A DNA stretch of 64,000 nucleotides from Schizochytrium sp. TIO01 (taxonomy: Eukaryota > Protista > Bigyra: Labyrinthulomycetes). Made by a program: the position numbers and the translations under genes. The stretch lies in assembly GCA_004764695.1 (NCBI GenBank), contig SMSO01000031.1:7050761-7114760 (forward strand), written 5' to 3'. The notes under the pieces are model-generated. The model was given only the letters and a program-made list of their open reading frames with translations. It was not told where the DNA came from and searched no databases. Shown in pieces: positions 1 to 11,338 of the stretch (its first letter is position 1; every line of letters begins with the position of its first letter).

Positions 1-2
1 AC

Positions 3-323
3 TCTGCATCCAAGGCAGCTGTTACAAACTTCACTCGTTGGTTGTCCGTAGAACTCGCTAAAAAGTACGGTGAGAAGGTCCGTGTCAACGCTATTTCTCC
101 AGGATTCTTCATTGGTGAGCAAAACCGTGCCCTACTTACCAACGAGGATGGTTCATTGACTTCACGTGGTCAGACCATTATTGATGGCACTCCTATGGCT
201 CGCTTTGGTGAAGCAAAAGAGCTCATTGGACCTTTAATCTGGTTGTGTTCAGACGCATCAAAGTTTATTACTGGTGCGGTCATTCCGGTAGATGGTGGCT
301 TCAGTGTATTTTCTGGAGTATAA
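3..323 (+). CDS. 3' part of a short-chain dehydrogenase/reductase, D-mannonate oxidoreductase (UxuB)-like; truncated by the window edge
   Basis: The frame is open from the window edge: (Y)SASKAAVTNFTRWLSVELA gives the YxxxK catalytic motif. It continues with VRVNAISPGFF, TPMARFG and ITGAVIPVDGGFSVFSGV*, a classical SDR C-terminus. Confidence 0.88.
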   Translation, partial: SASKAAVTNFTRWLSVELAKKYGEKVRVNAISPGFFIGEQNRALLTNEDGSLTSRGQTIIDGTPMARFGEAKELIGPLIWLCSDASKFITGAVIPVDGGFSVFSGV

Positions 324-901
324 AGCTTTATGTTTTCTGGTACTAAAGCAACATGTGCTAGCTACTACCCTTGAGATGCTGCTGCCTTAAGAGTCCCAAG
401 CATTTGTTTGCGTCTTAGCTTCTATCAAGTACGCCTTTGTATCTTGCTTCTTACTCTATATCAAGACCTTGTGATGGAAAACCCAACAGATCAACAAGCT
501 GATAAGAGATCAAATTACATTTAACAATAACAACAACTTTCTCTGGTTTAAGGTTCAGATATAACAAGAAAATATTCGGTTCCTCTTAATGGTTATCTGC
601 TTTAGTCACAGCAAAGTATACTTAGAAGATAGATACATGGTGAAATACGCGCGATGAAGTTAATCATTTAAAAAGGTTGAGTTAGAAAACGAGAGGAGAC
701 TCTTTTTTTCTTGACCTCGAGAACAACTCTGGTTAGAAACAGCTACAAATGGAATTATCGTGTAATGGAGATACTAGCCAAGATTCAAAGTGAAATTGTA
801 ACAAGAATTCTGAATTCTATATTTCATTCACAGTCACAGTCAAAGTCTACCCGCCTTTACAGGAGGTAGCCAAAAGGGAGTTTTGCACATGCCAATTGAG
901 C

Positions 902-1906
902 TTACGGAGCCGGGGCGTTCATAAGCAAGGCGGGTTCCTCCCCAGTGGGAGCAGGGCGGCGATCAATGGCCTCCCGAAGCTGAGCAGCCATTGCCATGGA
1001 AATCTCGTCCAGGTCAGTGAAATGATCCCCCGTCTTCGTAAACTTAGAAAGGCAGCTACGTGTGCCCTCAACAATCTCAGTGTCCAGGCGCTCACGCACG
1101 TGAGCATCAGTATACATGGACAACAAAAGTTTAAGAGAATTCTCGCGGATATCGATGTCCTTTGACATCATACTTTTGTTCAACGTCTCAACCAGCTGAC
1201 CGCCGAGAGCAATCCGCACAGCAGGGACAGTTGTTAGGATGTAGTGCATGAGAAAAAGTGCCTTGCGTTGTGTGCGAATCCCATATACGGAGGTCTCCTC
1301 CTTGATAATATCGAGCAGCACCGCCACGCCCTTCTCATCCTTGATGAAAGCGACGGTCGCGGGTGTGTGCTCACGAATGAAGGTAGAAACGGCGAAGATC
1401 GCTTTGGCATGCTCGGAGGCGGAGATGTTGCGGTCTTTGAGCTTGCTCATAAGAGTTGGTAAGACCTTGAGCTCCATACCAGCATCTTGCACAGGCGGAT
1501 TGTTTTGGGAGCAGGCGCCGAAGACCTCCATAGCGGCAATACGTATATCTTGGTGTTGGTCAGAAATTAAATCTGCAACGATTTTATAACCTCCCATCTT
1601 GACAAAGTCTCGAGCCCAGTCAATCTGCTCAACGTAGCCCATAACAGCCTCCATTGCCTCGCATTTACGCTCTGCAAACTCATCCTCCTCGGCTTCCGAC
1701 GAGTTCTCCTTGCGAGGAGTTCCCAGAATCTCGATGAGGATCTTGAAAGATTCCATGGGGTCCACCACCTGGCTTTCAAGGGCTTTCTTCAAGAATTCAC
1801 GACGCTCAGGATCCATTTGCTGCAACTCGGACGCGTGCGTACCATCTTGGTACTGCAGAGACCATTGCAAGAGTCCTGTCCACTGCTGCAAATTTGCCGA
1901 AGACAT
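902..1906 (-). CDS. HSPBET1: Hsp70 nucleotide-exchange factor Fes1/HspBP1
   Basis: 334-aa ORF with N-terminal GLLQWSL and MDPERREFLKKAL, then VEQIDWARDFVKMGG and ACSQNNPPVQ followed by ARM-like helices. The intended symbol is HSPBP1/FES1. Confidence 0.9.
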   Translation of the reverse strand: MSSANLQQWTGLLQWSLQYQDGTHASELQQMDPERREFLKKALESQVVDPMESFKILIEILGTPRKENSSEAEEDEFAERKCEAMEAVMGYVEQIDWARDFVKMGGYKIVADLISDQHQDIRIAAMEVFGACSQNNPPVQDAGMELKVLPTLMSKLKDRNISASEHAKAIFAVSTFIREHTPATVAFIKDEKGVAVLLDIIKEETSVYGIRTQRKALFLMHYILTTVPAVRIALGGQLVETLNKSMMSKDIDIRENSLKLLLSMYTDAHVRERLDTEIVEGTRSCLSKFTKTGDHFTDLDEISMAMAAQLREAIDRRPAPTGEEPALLMNAPAP

Positions 1907-3322
1907 TTTCTTCTACCTCGCCCAAGCGACGCAAGGACTTTCTCTCGGCTTCTGCCGTCTCGCTTCGTTTACCACAACAAGGATCTGTGTGGACGACGAC
2001 CACAAGAGCAACGAGCTCGACAACTGGTTCACGGCTACTCGAGGAAGACCTTCCACAGCCAGCACAGGAATTACCACTCTAGGTACACGCCTACAACTTG
2101 CCGCTGGATGACGGCAATGACGAGGATTCTGTTTTGCTGCTTCAAGTCTTCTCGCATTCTCCACGATCTTCTCCAGACAGAGAAGTAGCAGGAGTAGAAT
2201 AGAATACCTACCATCAAGAAGAAAAATAAGACTTTCGAGACTCTTCTCGCCCTGTATCTTTCGGAACTTTTAGAACTTATGGAACTAAGTTCCCATCGGC
2301 GTTCTTCGTTCTGTTTCGGAAGCTCGGAGGAACGTGCTCTCAAAAAAGGAACTCGCGGGGAAGAGAGAACATAGGAAAGGACAGGCGACGAAAAGCTGGG
2401 AAAAGCTCTCCTTTCCCTCCCAAAAACATTCAGTTGGCGAGTTTTCTGAGATGCTTTTTCTAAATAATTGAGTCTAGTATCACTGGGTCTATTCACAAGG
2501 GATATAAAAGAACACTCTGTAGTTGCACATAGAATATGGTTGCATTTTTGTATTTTAGATCGCATTGAACTAATACCACAGACTAGCCGCTCGTGAAATA
2601 TATCGAAGCAAAGTTGGGAGGGCTATATGTATAGGATTTTCTCGTGGATTTGCTGCTTGAGTATCAACCGAAAGGCCTTGAAAACTCACAATTTGAGAGT
2701 GCTGACATTATGCTTGTGGATTATGCATAGCAAATATTCAGATATGTGAAGTAAAGTGAGATGGAGGCCAATGGATTAAGAGGCCATTATATCAAGTCGA
2801 ACTGCTTGCAGAAATTACATGTTTGATTCTTGGTTGGTTTAGAATGGAACGATGTTCTAGAACGTTCCCATACTCAAGAAGAAGACTTTTGTTAGCATGG
2901 CAGTCCAGCCATTCAAATTGGTGAGATGAAGACTTGCTGCAGTGTAACCTATCTAATTTCCTAACACATTCTGTAGGAACTGTGTTTTGTGATCCGGCTT
3001 CCCGCTCTCAAAATCTCAACAAATAGTATTGTATAAGACCGCTCTGTGTTTGATCTGTCCATAGCGAGCGCTCTCGATTCTTAAAAAAGAGTGTGTGTAT
3101 AAGACACTGCTCTCAAGTTGGTTTGATATATCAATTTAAACATTTGGATAAATCACATAGACACCACGATTACGGGAGCGCGACCCAGCGACAAACCCAA
3201 ACAAACCCAAAACCTAAGCCACCAAAAAAAGTATTAGAAAAGCCTCGGTTGAGGAGGATCGATATAAGAGCTTCTATTAGAGCAGTATTCGAGCCTGGAA
3301 TACTAGTGCTGATAGGGGTAGA

Positions 3323-6300
3323 ATGACTCGGAGGTGCGATAGCCAAGTGAGGTCATGTCAAGCTACCCTGGATGAGATAAGAAATGCATCACCCGATGAT
3401 GACCAAAAAATTTACGAAAGCTTTACACAGATCGCCAACAATGGTACACAAAACGAGCTCGAAAGCCTCTTTCAGGACCCAAGTCTCGTAGAGAGGATTA
3501 ACTCATCGATCTCCCAGGATCGCGATATTGAAGTGAAATGCAAGTTTATGTCAACCCTGAGGCAGCTTGTCCTTAGATCATCCAATTCGACGAGCTTCGA
3601 CAAAATAGGAGAGACTATAGCTGGCCAGCTCCAACTCTTTACATTGCGTAAATGTGATAGGGGGAGCAGCTGCTCCTCTGTGCAGAGCATTTGCAAAGAC
3701 ATCATTTTCATACTTTGCAGACTGACAGCTAACCAGCAAATGCGAGAAACTCTCAAAAAGGTAATTGATATTACTATAGTCATCAAGTTCTTAGAAGGTT
3801 GGCATGAGAATGTTCAATGTGAGGGATTAAAACTTCTTTTCTCGCTTTCGTCTGCCAGCACAGACGTTCGCTTGGCTATATCTGCTGCGTTACCCAAAGA
3901 CTTGCTGATTCGGCTTCTTTGCAATGATGGTCCAGGACAACCTGCAGTGACTGGTCTTTTGGCTAATATTTGCTTTGATGATACGGTTCTTAAAGCTTCC
4001 ATTCTCGATAACGAAGAGGTTTTGAAAGCTTTCATCAGAAATCTCAAGGAAGGGATGTCAAACCCTTTAGTACACCAAACCTGCCGGGCTTTGTTTGTAC
4101 TGAGCTCTATGGAGGCAAACAAGCACAAAATTGTGTCCGCCAATTTATTAGAGCCTCTCTCAGCGCAGTTGTGGCTCTTTAATGAGGATATCATTCGTAA
4201 CGCTCTAGGTGCCATAGCAAACATTTGCACTGTTCAAAGATATAAATTGTCAGTGAGTGGCGCTCTGTTTTTCCGTCGTTTGTCGGAATTGCCACCATTC
4301 CCAGCTATCAGCACAAAGCGCCAACTTGCTAGGCTCTACTTCTCCTTGACAGGGAACACGGGAAACCTTGATCTGCTGATTAAGTGTAACGCCATCCAAG
4401 CTTTAACCCAGCTTGTAAACTTGGATGATGTAGGGGTTCAAAAGAATTCACTCGGGGCAATTGCAAACATGGCAATAGACGGGGCCTGCAAGGGCCTTCT
4501 ATTGAATAGTAACCTCCCCAAACGCATCATTCAGCTTCTATCCACGCAGGATTTGGAAGTGGCGCGCCAAAGTACGCGAGCATGCTTCAGTTTGACAACA
4601 AATACTAAAATGAAGGTATATATCCTCCAAACCCAAGCCAGTACAATCACAAGCTTGATCCAAAGTGGATTACGATTCAAATGTAATCACATACTGCGCA
4701 ATATTGCTGGATTAATCGCGAACCTCATTATCGGGGGGCGATTCAAAGAGAACGAAGAAACGGACAATTCCCTTGCAGATTTCCTGGTCGAGTTACTCTC
4801 AAACAAAGACGCTGGTGTCTTATCTCAAACTACGCGTTGCTTATTTGCACTCTCTGCAGGCTCCTTGGCACAGAAGAAAAAAATACTTCAAGCTGGTGCC
4901 ATTCCTCGACTTGCCGACGTACTATCACGGGTGGAGGATAAAATTCAAACAAATATTTGTGGCACCTTAGCAAACCTTGCAGTAGAATTTCCCGACGAAA
5001 TCATCAAGGGGAATTTTGTTCCAAAACTCATGGAACTCTTCTGCAAAAGTTATGACCCCAGCACGCGAAAGCACGCACTCCGGGTATTCAAAATCTTTGA
5101 TCAAGGCAAAAAGGATTACTGCTTTGATAACCATAGAGCCGGGGTTAGTGGTGATCAACATGAATTCTTTACCCGTTTACATCGACTTTTCCAGGCACTT
5201 TGGGAAAGAGCCGCATCGCGCGAAGTGATTGAGCGGTACAGCGAAATAGTTGAGCCGGACCTAGAGATTCACCTGCCATTGTATGCAGCGAGACCTAACA
5301 GCATCCGAGAAGACGATCAGATGGAAGAGGTTGCTGAAGTCCAGTGGTGGTCTTTTCCTTGCCATGGAATTATTGCCGCAGTCCGATGCAAGACAATTAT
5401 GTCCCAGATATATCACTGTTTGGCCTCAGATCACCATTTACAAACCAATATGGAGCAGCACCGAACCGTTAGCATGGCGCTTCCCGAAGACATGGCAGCT
5501 ACAAAAGAAGCTTGGAAGTGTATCTTTGAATACATTTATGCTGATTCAATTCCAACATTCAATAATCTTTCACAAGCTGAACAGAACCAGGTTTACAAGG
5601 AGGCAGCAGTTCTGGCTCGAAAGTTGAATCTAGGATTGCTGGGGCACAAACTTAACAATATGCTGCCCAACTCGCAGGTGCCCCCTCGCGTTTGTACTTG
5701 GTTTGAAGATTTCGCCAGATTGAGCACAATTGATGAGCTTCCACGTAAACAAGATAAGCTGGAGCATAAACAACTGCAGTTTGTTAATGAAGCGCTTGCT
5801 AATGCCTCTATTAGATCTAGTATCGAGGACCAACCAGTCGAAATTCAAGATAAGCGTCGCAAAACAATTAATCCAGCCCAAGGTCTCTGCTCCTCTCATG
5901 CTAGAGTTGTCAGAAGCCACCAGGTATTGCTGTCCTTACGCAGCGACTATTTCGCTACTTTGTTCTGTTCCAAGAGTGGATGGGCGAGGATCAACAGCGA
6001 AAACCAGAATATCACAATAGATGCTTCTGAAAAAGCATTTGAAATTTTGATTCACTTTATTAACAATGGTTTGGAAGATAACGTTTCCGGCCGCTTGCAG
6101 GAAGACCTTTCTGTAAGCTTGGAGCTACTCATTCTTTCTCAAGATTATGATTTTGCCAGCTTGAGCCGTGAATGCGCCTTTCTTTTGTATAAGAACCTTT
6201 CAGTCGAGAATGTGCTCATTATCTACCAAGAATGCATTTCTGAGGCGCTTTCTGCGATACGCGTGGCTTGTATGCTTTATATGATTTTGAAGCAAATGCT

Positions 6301-6430
6301 ACCTTCCTTGGAGGCAGCCATAAAGTTGAACTCTGAAACCCCGCTCATTTACGGGCATTCTATGAGCAGACTGTTTCTTGTACAACTTTGCGAAGAACTA
6401 AAGGAGAAAGTGCAGAATTGGAAACTGTAA
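3323..6430 (+). CDS. Armadillo-repeat protein with two C-terminal BTB/POZ-like domains and a BACK-like tail
   Basis: 1035-aa ORF with repeated ARM motifs (NALGAIANI, NSLGAIANM, NICGTLANL). BTB-like motifs are FPCHGIIAAVRC..AWKCIFEYIYAD and VRSHQVLLSLRSDYFATLF..AFEILIHFI, followed by LSVENVL. Confidence 0.8.
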   Translation: MTRRCDSQVRSCQATLDEIRNASPDDDQKIYESFTQIANNGTQNELESLFQDPSLVERINSSISQDRDIEVKCKFMSTLRQLVLRSSNSTSFDKIGETIAGQLQLFTLRKCDRGSSCSSVQSICKDIIFILCRLTANQQMRETLKKVIDITIVIKFLEGWHENVQCEGLKLLFSLSSASTDVRLAISAALPKDLLIRLLCNDGPGQPAVTGLLANICFDDTVLKASILDNEEVLKAFIRNLKEGMSNPLVHQTCRALFVLSSMEANKHKIVSANLLEPLSAQLWLFNEDIIRNALGAIANICTVQRYKLSVSGALFFRRLSELPPFPAISTKRQLARLYFSLTGNTGNLDLLIKCNAIQALTQLVNLDDVGVQKNSLGAIANMAIDGACKGLLLNSNLPKRIIQLLSTQDLEVARQSTRACFSLTTNTKMKVYILQTQASTITSLIQSGLRFKCNHILRNIAGLIANLIIGGRFKENEETDNSLADFLVELLSNKDAGVLSQTTRCLFALSAGSLAQKKKILQAGAIPRLADVLSRVEDKIQTNICGTLANLAVEFPDEIIKGNFVPKLMELFCKSYDPSTRKHALRVFKIFDQGKKDYCFDNHRAGVSGDQHEFFTRLHRLFQALWERAASREVIERYSEIVEPDLEIHLPLYAARPNSIREDDQMEEVAEVQWWSFPCHGIIAAVRCKTIMSQIYHCLASDHHLQTNMEQHRTVSMALPEDMAATKEAWKCIFEYIYADSIPTFNNLSQAEQNQVYKEAAVLARKLNLGLLGHKLNNMLPNSQVPPRVCTWFEDFARLSTIDELPRKQDKLEHKQLQFVNEALANASIRSSIEDQPVEIQDKRRKTINPAQGLCSSHARVVRSHQVLLSLRSDYFATLFCSKSGWARINSENQNITIDASEKAFEILIHFINNGLEDNVSGRLQEDLSVSLELLILSQDYDFASLSRECAFLLYKNLSVENVLIIYQECISEALSAIRVACMLYMILKQMLPSLEAAIKLNSETPLIYGHSMSRLFLVQLCEELKEKVQNWKL

Positions 6431-8446
6431 ACCTTCCTATTTTTCTCAAGAATAATAGATCCTCGATATAGATGAATTCTTAAAAAGATCATGAATATTG
6501 CTGAGATCTCCAATCGAAGGAACTAGTGATAAGACATTACTAGAGTTCTTGGTGTCTCTTGGTAAAACCCCGTTAGACATAAGGCTTACATTAGAGCAAG
6601 AATAGGCAACCAGACTCATGTGGCTGCCGGAACAATAATTAAAAGTGTGAAGACGCATTAACTACACCCAAGCGTGGTTTAGCTTGAGTCGATGGTTGGA
6701 GAAGGTAGATAAACCTAACCCCATCGATTATCTCTAACCACATTCAAGAATGTCTTAATCTCCCTAACTACTACATGAATCCACCTGTCCTGGAATTCAT
6801 TCCTCAGGACAGCAGTTCGCTAACACTTAAATAAACCTTCTTATAACCTTCATCAAGCTTCTTGCCTTCATCTTTACAGTCAACCTCACGCTAATCAGTA
6901 TTACCTTTCAGCAAATATCAAATTGCCAAGATTTCTTAGCGCAGGCCGTATGTACACGACCTTTTGTTAAAGTTCTTAGTAAACCAATATGATATTTAGA
7001 GGGTTTCTAATCTGTCAATTAGTAGAACGAGCCAACTAGACAGTGGTAATCCAAGGTGCTGGAAGAACAACTTTTTAACAGTCAGAGTTAAAATCGACGC
7101 TTGAAGAGGCGACGAAAGCTTGTTCTATTGCCTCTGTGGAGGGCAAAAGGTGTTAGTCTTGCTCCACTTAAACTTTACAAGTCTAGCCCACAGTAGGAAT
7201 CATCATCATTTGCTCCAAAAGCCTAAATTTACATTTTCTTTCTTATAGATTTCATTATCCTTTCAATTCACTAAACAAGTTCGAGGAATTGAAACATATT
7301 TTCAGACAGATAATCAGCTATCGTCTTTGAGATCATTACCCCGAGTAGCAAGAAAATATACTGCAGCGAGAATCTTCACAAAAATTTGTGAATCCAATGG
7401 CACTTAAAGACAGGCTTAAAAATGTGTGTTTATACTTAGTGTCAGCTATTAAGGTTAGAGGTGTTTACGTGCTGATGAAACTTACATTGAATACATCTTG
7501 TTTTTCTAATAAGAGCCAAATCAAAACTGATGGGCAAGGACACAAGTAAAACTGATCTTTCGAATCTGAGCCCCAAATCGATGCACTCTAGTGTTATACA
7601 TGCTCAGATAGTAATTTCAGCAGACCCAGATCTTAAAATCAATTGACTGCAATGAATTTATCTGCGGTATAGCTTTGGATGATTAAAAAACAATTCTTGC
7701 TGAAAATTGTTTCTATAGCTATACTGTCGTTGAATAACTGTACTTCAGCACAGCATCTGTGCTACAGCGGTCAAATCAAAGTCCACAGCATGTTCTCATC
7801 AATGGACTCCATATTTCCATAGGCAGCACCTATAGTGGCTAGCATCGCTATTGTTGTTACGTTTTTTTGTAACGTTGCCTGTACCCGGTTGTCCTTTCCT
7901 CCCTCACTGCAAGGCTTACTTACTCTTTACCCGTTAGGTTCAAGATCCAACCGTCATTGTTGACCTTACCTGGTAGGTACCAAATTCTCACCCTGTTTTT
8001 TTTTTTTTTTTTCTGTTTGACAAGCAAACCTGGTAGCCTAGGTCCATCAAACTCTGCAAGTTGAGTCAACGTGCCTTGCCTACGCTGCGAATTGCCCAAA
8101 CTCAGAAAGACCATTCGAACCTTGACGAAGTTGTAGTTTGAGCAGCGACAGTTGTTGTTTGTTCCCTTGGTGGCAGGTGTCAGAACCACCTCGATTCAAT
8201 ACATCAGTCTTGAGCGAGGGAACTGCTTTTATACTGCAGAGTAAAGCCTTGAAACATTGTAGCGAGGCTCGAGAGTGGGTGGGAACTCTTCAAGAGTAGG
8301 CTCTGCTGACTGATTATTCTCTTTTTCAAATCCATTTTTAGCTTTTATTTGGTTGAGCGCAACTTCTTCAGGCTCTATACTTGCCGAAGTCAACCCTTGT
8401 CGCTAACAGGAACCAAGAACGCCTTGTTTGCCGTCCTATCGAAAAT

Positions 8447-9634
8447 ATGGGGAGGCTTCTCAAGCTTGTCACTGTCTTAGTGGCAGTTGCCTCAGGCGCA
8501 AGTCTTGCGTTACAGAGTGCTGTTAACGGAGCCCTTGGTGTGCCACTTGGTAATGGATTGCTATCTTCGCTGTTTTCATTTATTGGGGGTGCAATCTTAC
8601 TAAGTTGGTTTGCACCATTCAGCTTGGGCCAAAAGCCACGAGATAAGGGACTCAACCCAAAGCCTGTAAGATGGTGGATGTGGATAGCTGGTGGCGGGAT
8701 CTCTGTATACAGTGTCGCATCTGGAACGTACTTAGGTCCCAAACTTGGTTTTGGGCTGTTCTATGCGGCTGTGATTACAGGACAACTTCTGGCAGGCCTG
8801 ATCGTCGACCATTTTGCGTTTATGGATACGCCGGAAACACCGGCAACTAAATGGCGAATTGGAGGTATGAGTCTTGTTTTAGCAGGATCTATTATGGCAA
8901 TCGCAGATAAGGTTGATGTGGATGGTCTAAGCACAGGTCTTATTGTTGCCTATGTTATGGTTGCTTTTGTCGAAGGTATCCTGATGACAGTTCAAGCTCC
9001 AATCAATAGCGCATTAACAATTCGACTTGGTACTTTTCCACATCGTACTGCGCTTATTTCCTTTGGTGTTGCACTCATTCTTGCCTCAATTTGTTGGGGG
9101 GTGTCGGTTGGCATAATGGGTGGGGGTGTATCTAATGTGCATTTAAATGAGACAGTTTGGTGGATGTATTTTGGAGGACCATTGGGCGCATTTTATGTTG
9201 TCATGTCAGTACAACTTGCACCCGTTCTTGGTGTGGCATGGTTTTTTGTCGCTGTCATAGCTGGACAGCTTCTAATGTCGCTCTTTATAGATAGTTTTGG
9301 TATTGCTAACTCCTCAGTGGTATCCGCCACTGGTTTGCGTATTGCTGGCGTCGTTCTCGTTTTTATTGGTGCCGCTTGCTTTCGCCTCTTTCCTCTTAGC
9401 TTGAAGTCGCAACAACTTTTACAGCGAAAATGTTTTACTTGCATGGGCAAGGATGAGGCTTGTCGAGAGCAAGAACATACTTTGGTAGTTTTGCAAAACG
9501 AAACCGCTCAAAGAACGGTTGAAAAAGATATAGAAGGAAGTATACCAACACTTGATGATGAAAATCCTGCTGATATCGATCTTGCTAGCGGGGTCTCAGC
9601 CACAAGCCCGCTACAACAGCTTGCGAAAATATAG
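8447..9634 (+). CDS. DMT-superfamily transporter with two tandem YdcZ/DUF606 domains
   Basis: First ATG is at 8447 (the ORF-track start is TTG). The motifs Q..VN.AL...LG, WWM..GG and GQL...L..D.F each occur twice, with about 10 hydrophobic segments. CTAACAG at 8403-8409 resembles a 5'UTR intron acceptor. Confidence 0.82.
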   Translation: MGRLLKLVTVLVAVASGASLALQSAVNGALGVPLGNGLLSSLFSFIGGAILLSWFAPFSLGQKPRDKGLNPKPVRWWMWIAGGGISVYSVASGTYLGPKLGFGLFYAAVITGQLLAGLIVDHFAFMDTPETPATKWRIGGMSLVLAGSIMAIADKVDVDGLSTGLIVAYVMVAFVEGILMTVQAPINSALTIRLGTFPHRTALISFGVALILASICWGVSVGIMGGGVSNVHLNETVWWMYFGGPLGAFYVVMSVQLAPVLGVAWFFVAVIAGQLLMSLFIDSFGIANSSVVSATGLRIAGVVLVFIGAACFRLFPLSLKSQQLLQRKCFTCMGKDEACREQEHTLVVLQNETAQRTVEKDIEGSIPTLDDENPADIDLASGVSATSPLQQLAKI

Positions 9635-9911
9635 ATTCCGACTAGTAACTTGGCTACGAAGCAGGTGCGTCCAAAGTAAGAAATTACGTTTTGATGACTC
9701 CGTTCCAATGCTTAGTTTCTGGCAGCGGCCCATGCGCTCAAACATTGTGAACGTCTATTTGCTGTTAGTGCTAAACGGCATGATAGTTGTTCTCATTTTC
9801 TTTATCGAAACCAAAGAATAACTTACTCCTCACTCGCAAGATTGGAAACCTCAGCAAGATTTAAAGATTTAAAATTGGTAATTGATACAACGTTTTTAAT
9901 AAAGGAAACCA

Positions 9912-10232
9912 TCACAGTCCATGAAGGAGACGTGCAGCACGGATAGGGCGCGGATTGCCTCGGTAGCTTGCACGAGCACATGCACGCCGAGGACGCCGTG
10001 GAGATAAATGAGTCTTTACCCGAGCTCCTCGCTTTGCGTGAGAACTCGTGCTAGATGTGACCGAAGCAGTGTCTTCACACGCAATACTAAGCCGTTTGCT
10101 GCGGCGTATGGAGAGGGACAAGGGACTGTGGCTCTTACTCTTCTTGATCTTGAGTGTAGTTTTGCTTTTGGTAGCGTTTGTGACGGCAAGGTGGTTGTTC
10201 ATGGTCATGGTATGGCTGCGGGTGATACACAT
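9912..10232 (-). CDS. Small highly basic protein, copy A (106 aa)
   Basis: ATG-initiated ORF preceded by a 204-nt ATG-free A/C-rich leader. It ends GGA-CTG-TGA, so the last Leu and the stop lie just outside the repeat arm yet match copy B at protein level. Confidence 0.62.
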   Translation of the reverse strand: MCITRSHTMTMNNHLAVTNATKSKTTLKIKKSKSHSPLSLSIRRSKRLSIACEDTASVTSSTSSHAKRGARVKTHLSPRRPRRACARASYRGNPRPIRAARLLHGL

Positions 10233-10436
10233 AGTCTTTCACAAGTAATGGGGCTCGTCGTATATTGTTGCGTGTAGTTGGAGGTACTCTAAAGTTCTCT
10301 GGGTATGGTGAGGATGTCTAGACTTGACGATTTGTCTCTTAGACCGTGAGCTTGTTCAAGTTTTGGTTTTGTATAGTTCTGGTTCTGTGATTCGGGGTTT
10401 GCTGTTTCTCAGGGTCTAGGAGTTCTGAGTTTGCTT
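9918..10436. repeat. Left arm of a 519-bp inverted repeat
   Basis: Reverse complement of 11383-11901. By-eye alignment shows 3 mismatches (9944/11875, 10109/11710, 10227/11592) and no indels. Confidence 0.97.
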
Positions 10437-11018
10437 CAATGGAGCTTCAAGAGGAAAACTGTGGCCGTGTGCTACCTTTACGACACCTATTGAGTCTGTA
10501 AAGGGAATTAGAATTTGTAAAGGGGGACGATCTCTTTAAATCCTGAGCTCTCCAAGGTTGGCTACTTTTGTACATCTATTTCATCCCTTAAAGCACCAAG
10601 TAGGTAGTAGATAAAGTGAGGAACCCAAACCTTTAGCTGGCTTGCAGGAGAACGCGATGACTCTTCTCAGAACTTTGCTGTTTGTCGTTCGAAACTCATG
10701 CTCATGCTCATAGGGCTTATAACAACATTCACATTCAGCTTCCCTTCTCAACTTTGAAAACCATCTTGATGAACCTGAATAGCAATGGTTTTCATCTTTA
10801 TGATGACACGAAAGGTTTACCCAGGTAGGTACTTACTTACCTACGAGACCACCAGAAATCAGAACAGAAAGAACGAAGAAACAACAACAACCTAGCTGTA
10901 GGTAGTAGTACCTCGCTAGATAAAAGGTCCCGAACTAGTAGTAGTATCTAGCACTTCTAGCAAAGGGGTTCCGCTCCCCAGCTAAATTTTCATGGCTCGC
11001 CAGTGAACTTCAAAATAG

Positions 11019-11338
11019 TACCAGAACCCCAGACGCGCTGTCAGTCACACAGTTTGACCATGAACCTGCTATTGAGTAGCAATGTTGAGTACTACTATGA
11101 GCGGTAGGGGCATGATATTGCTCAACTTGAGGATCATTTAGGCTGGCTTCAGCTTGCTATTTGTAGGGGTGGATACCTAAGATGGGTAACGTAGTGGGTT
11201 CTCGTCCCAAGCTGGAATCTCACAAGGGATCATCTACAACCTACTACCAGAACCCCAGAAGCAGCCTGAGAGATAGAATCTCCCGTACCGGTGGTATGGC
11301 TTAGATAGACTGATACTTTTAACAAAATTACCAGAACC
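11019..11338 (+). promoter_or_regulatory. Repeated TACCAGAACC motif in the inverted-repeat spacer
   Basis: TACCAGAACCCCAGA occurs at 11019-11033 and 11245-11259, and TACCAGAACC at 11329-11338, all on the + strand. A regulatory role is inferred only. Confidence 0.4.

Noticed and set aside
3092-3107. TGTGTATAAGA resembling the Tn5/Nextera mosaic end
   Set aside because: Only about 11 of 19 nt match contiguously, so chance is sufficient.
6460-6640. GKTPLD ankyrin-like peptide downstream of the ARM-BTB gene
   Set aside because: A single short motif in a stop-interrupted frame with no start and no second repeat.
10048-10248. Hydrophobic 66-aa ORF resembling a SNARE tail or small toxin (mirror copy at 11571-11771)
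   Set aside because: It starts at GTG, its first ATG is ACG in the other arm, and its hydrophobicity is the expected antisense shadow of the Lys-rich frame. The repeat boundary fits the opposite-strand ORF.
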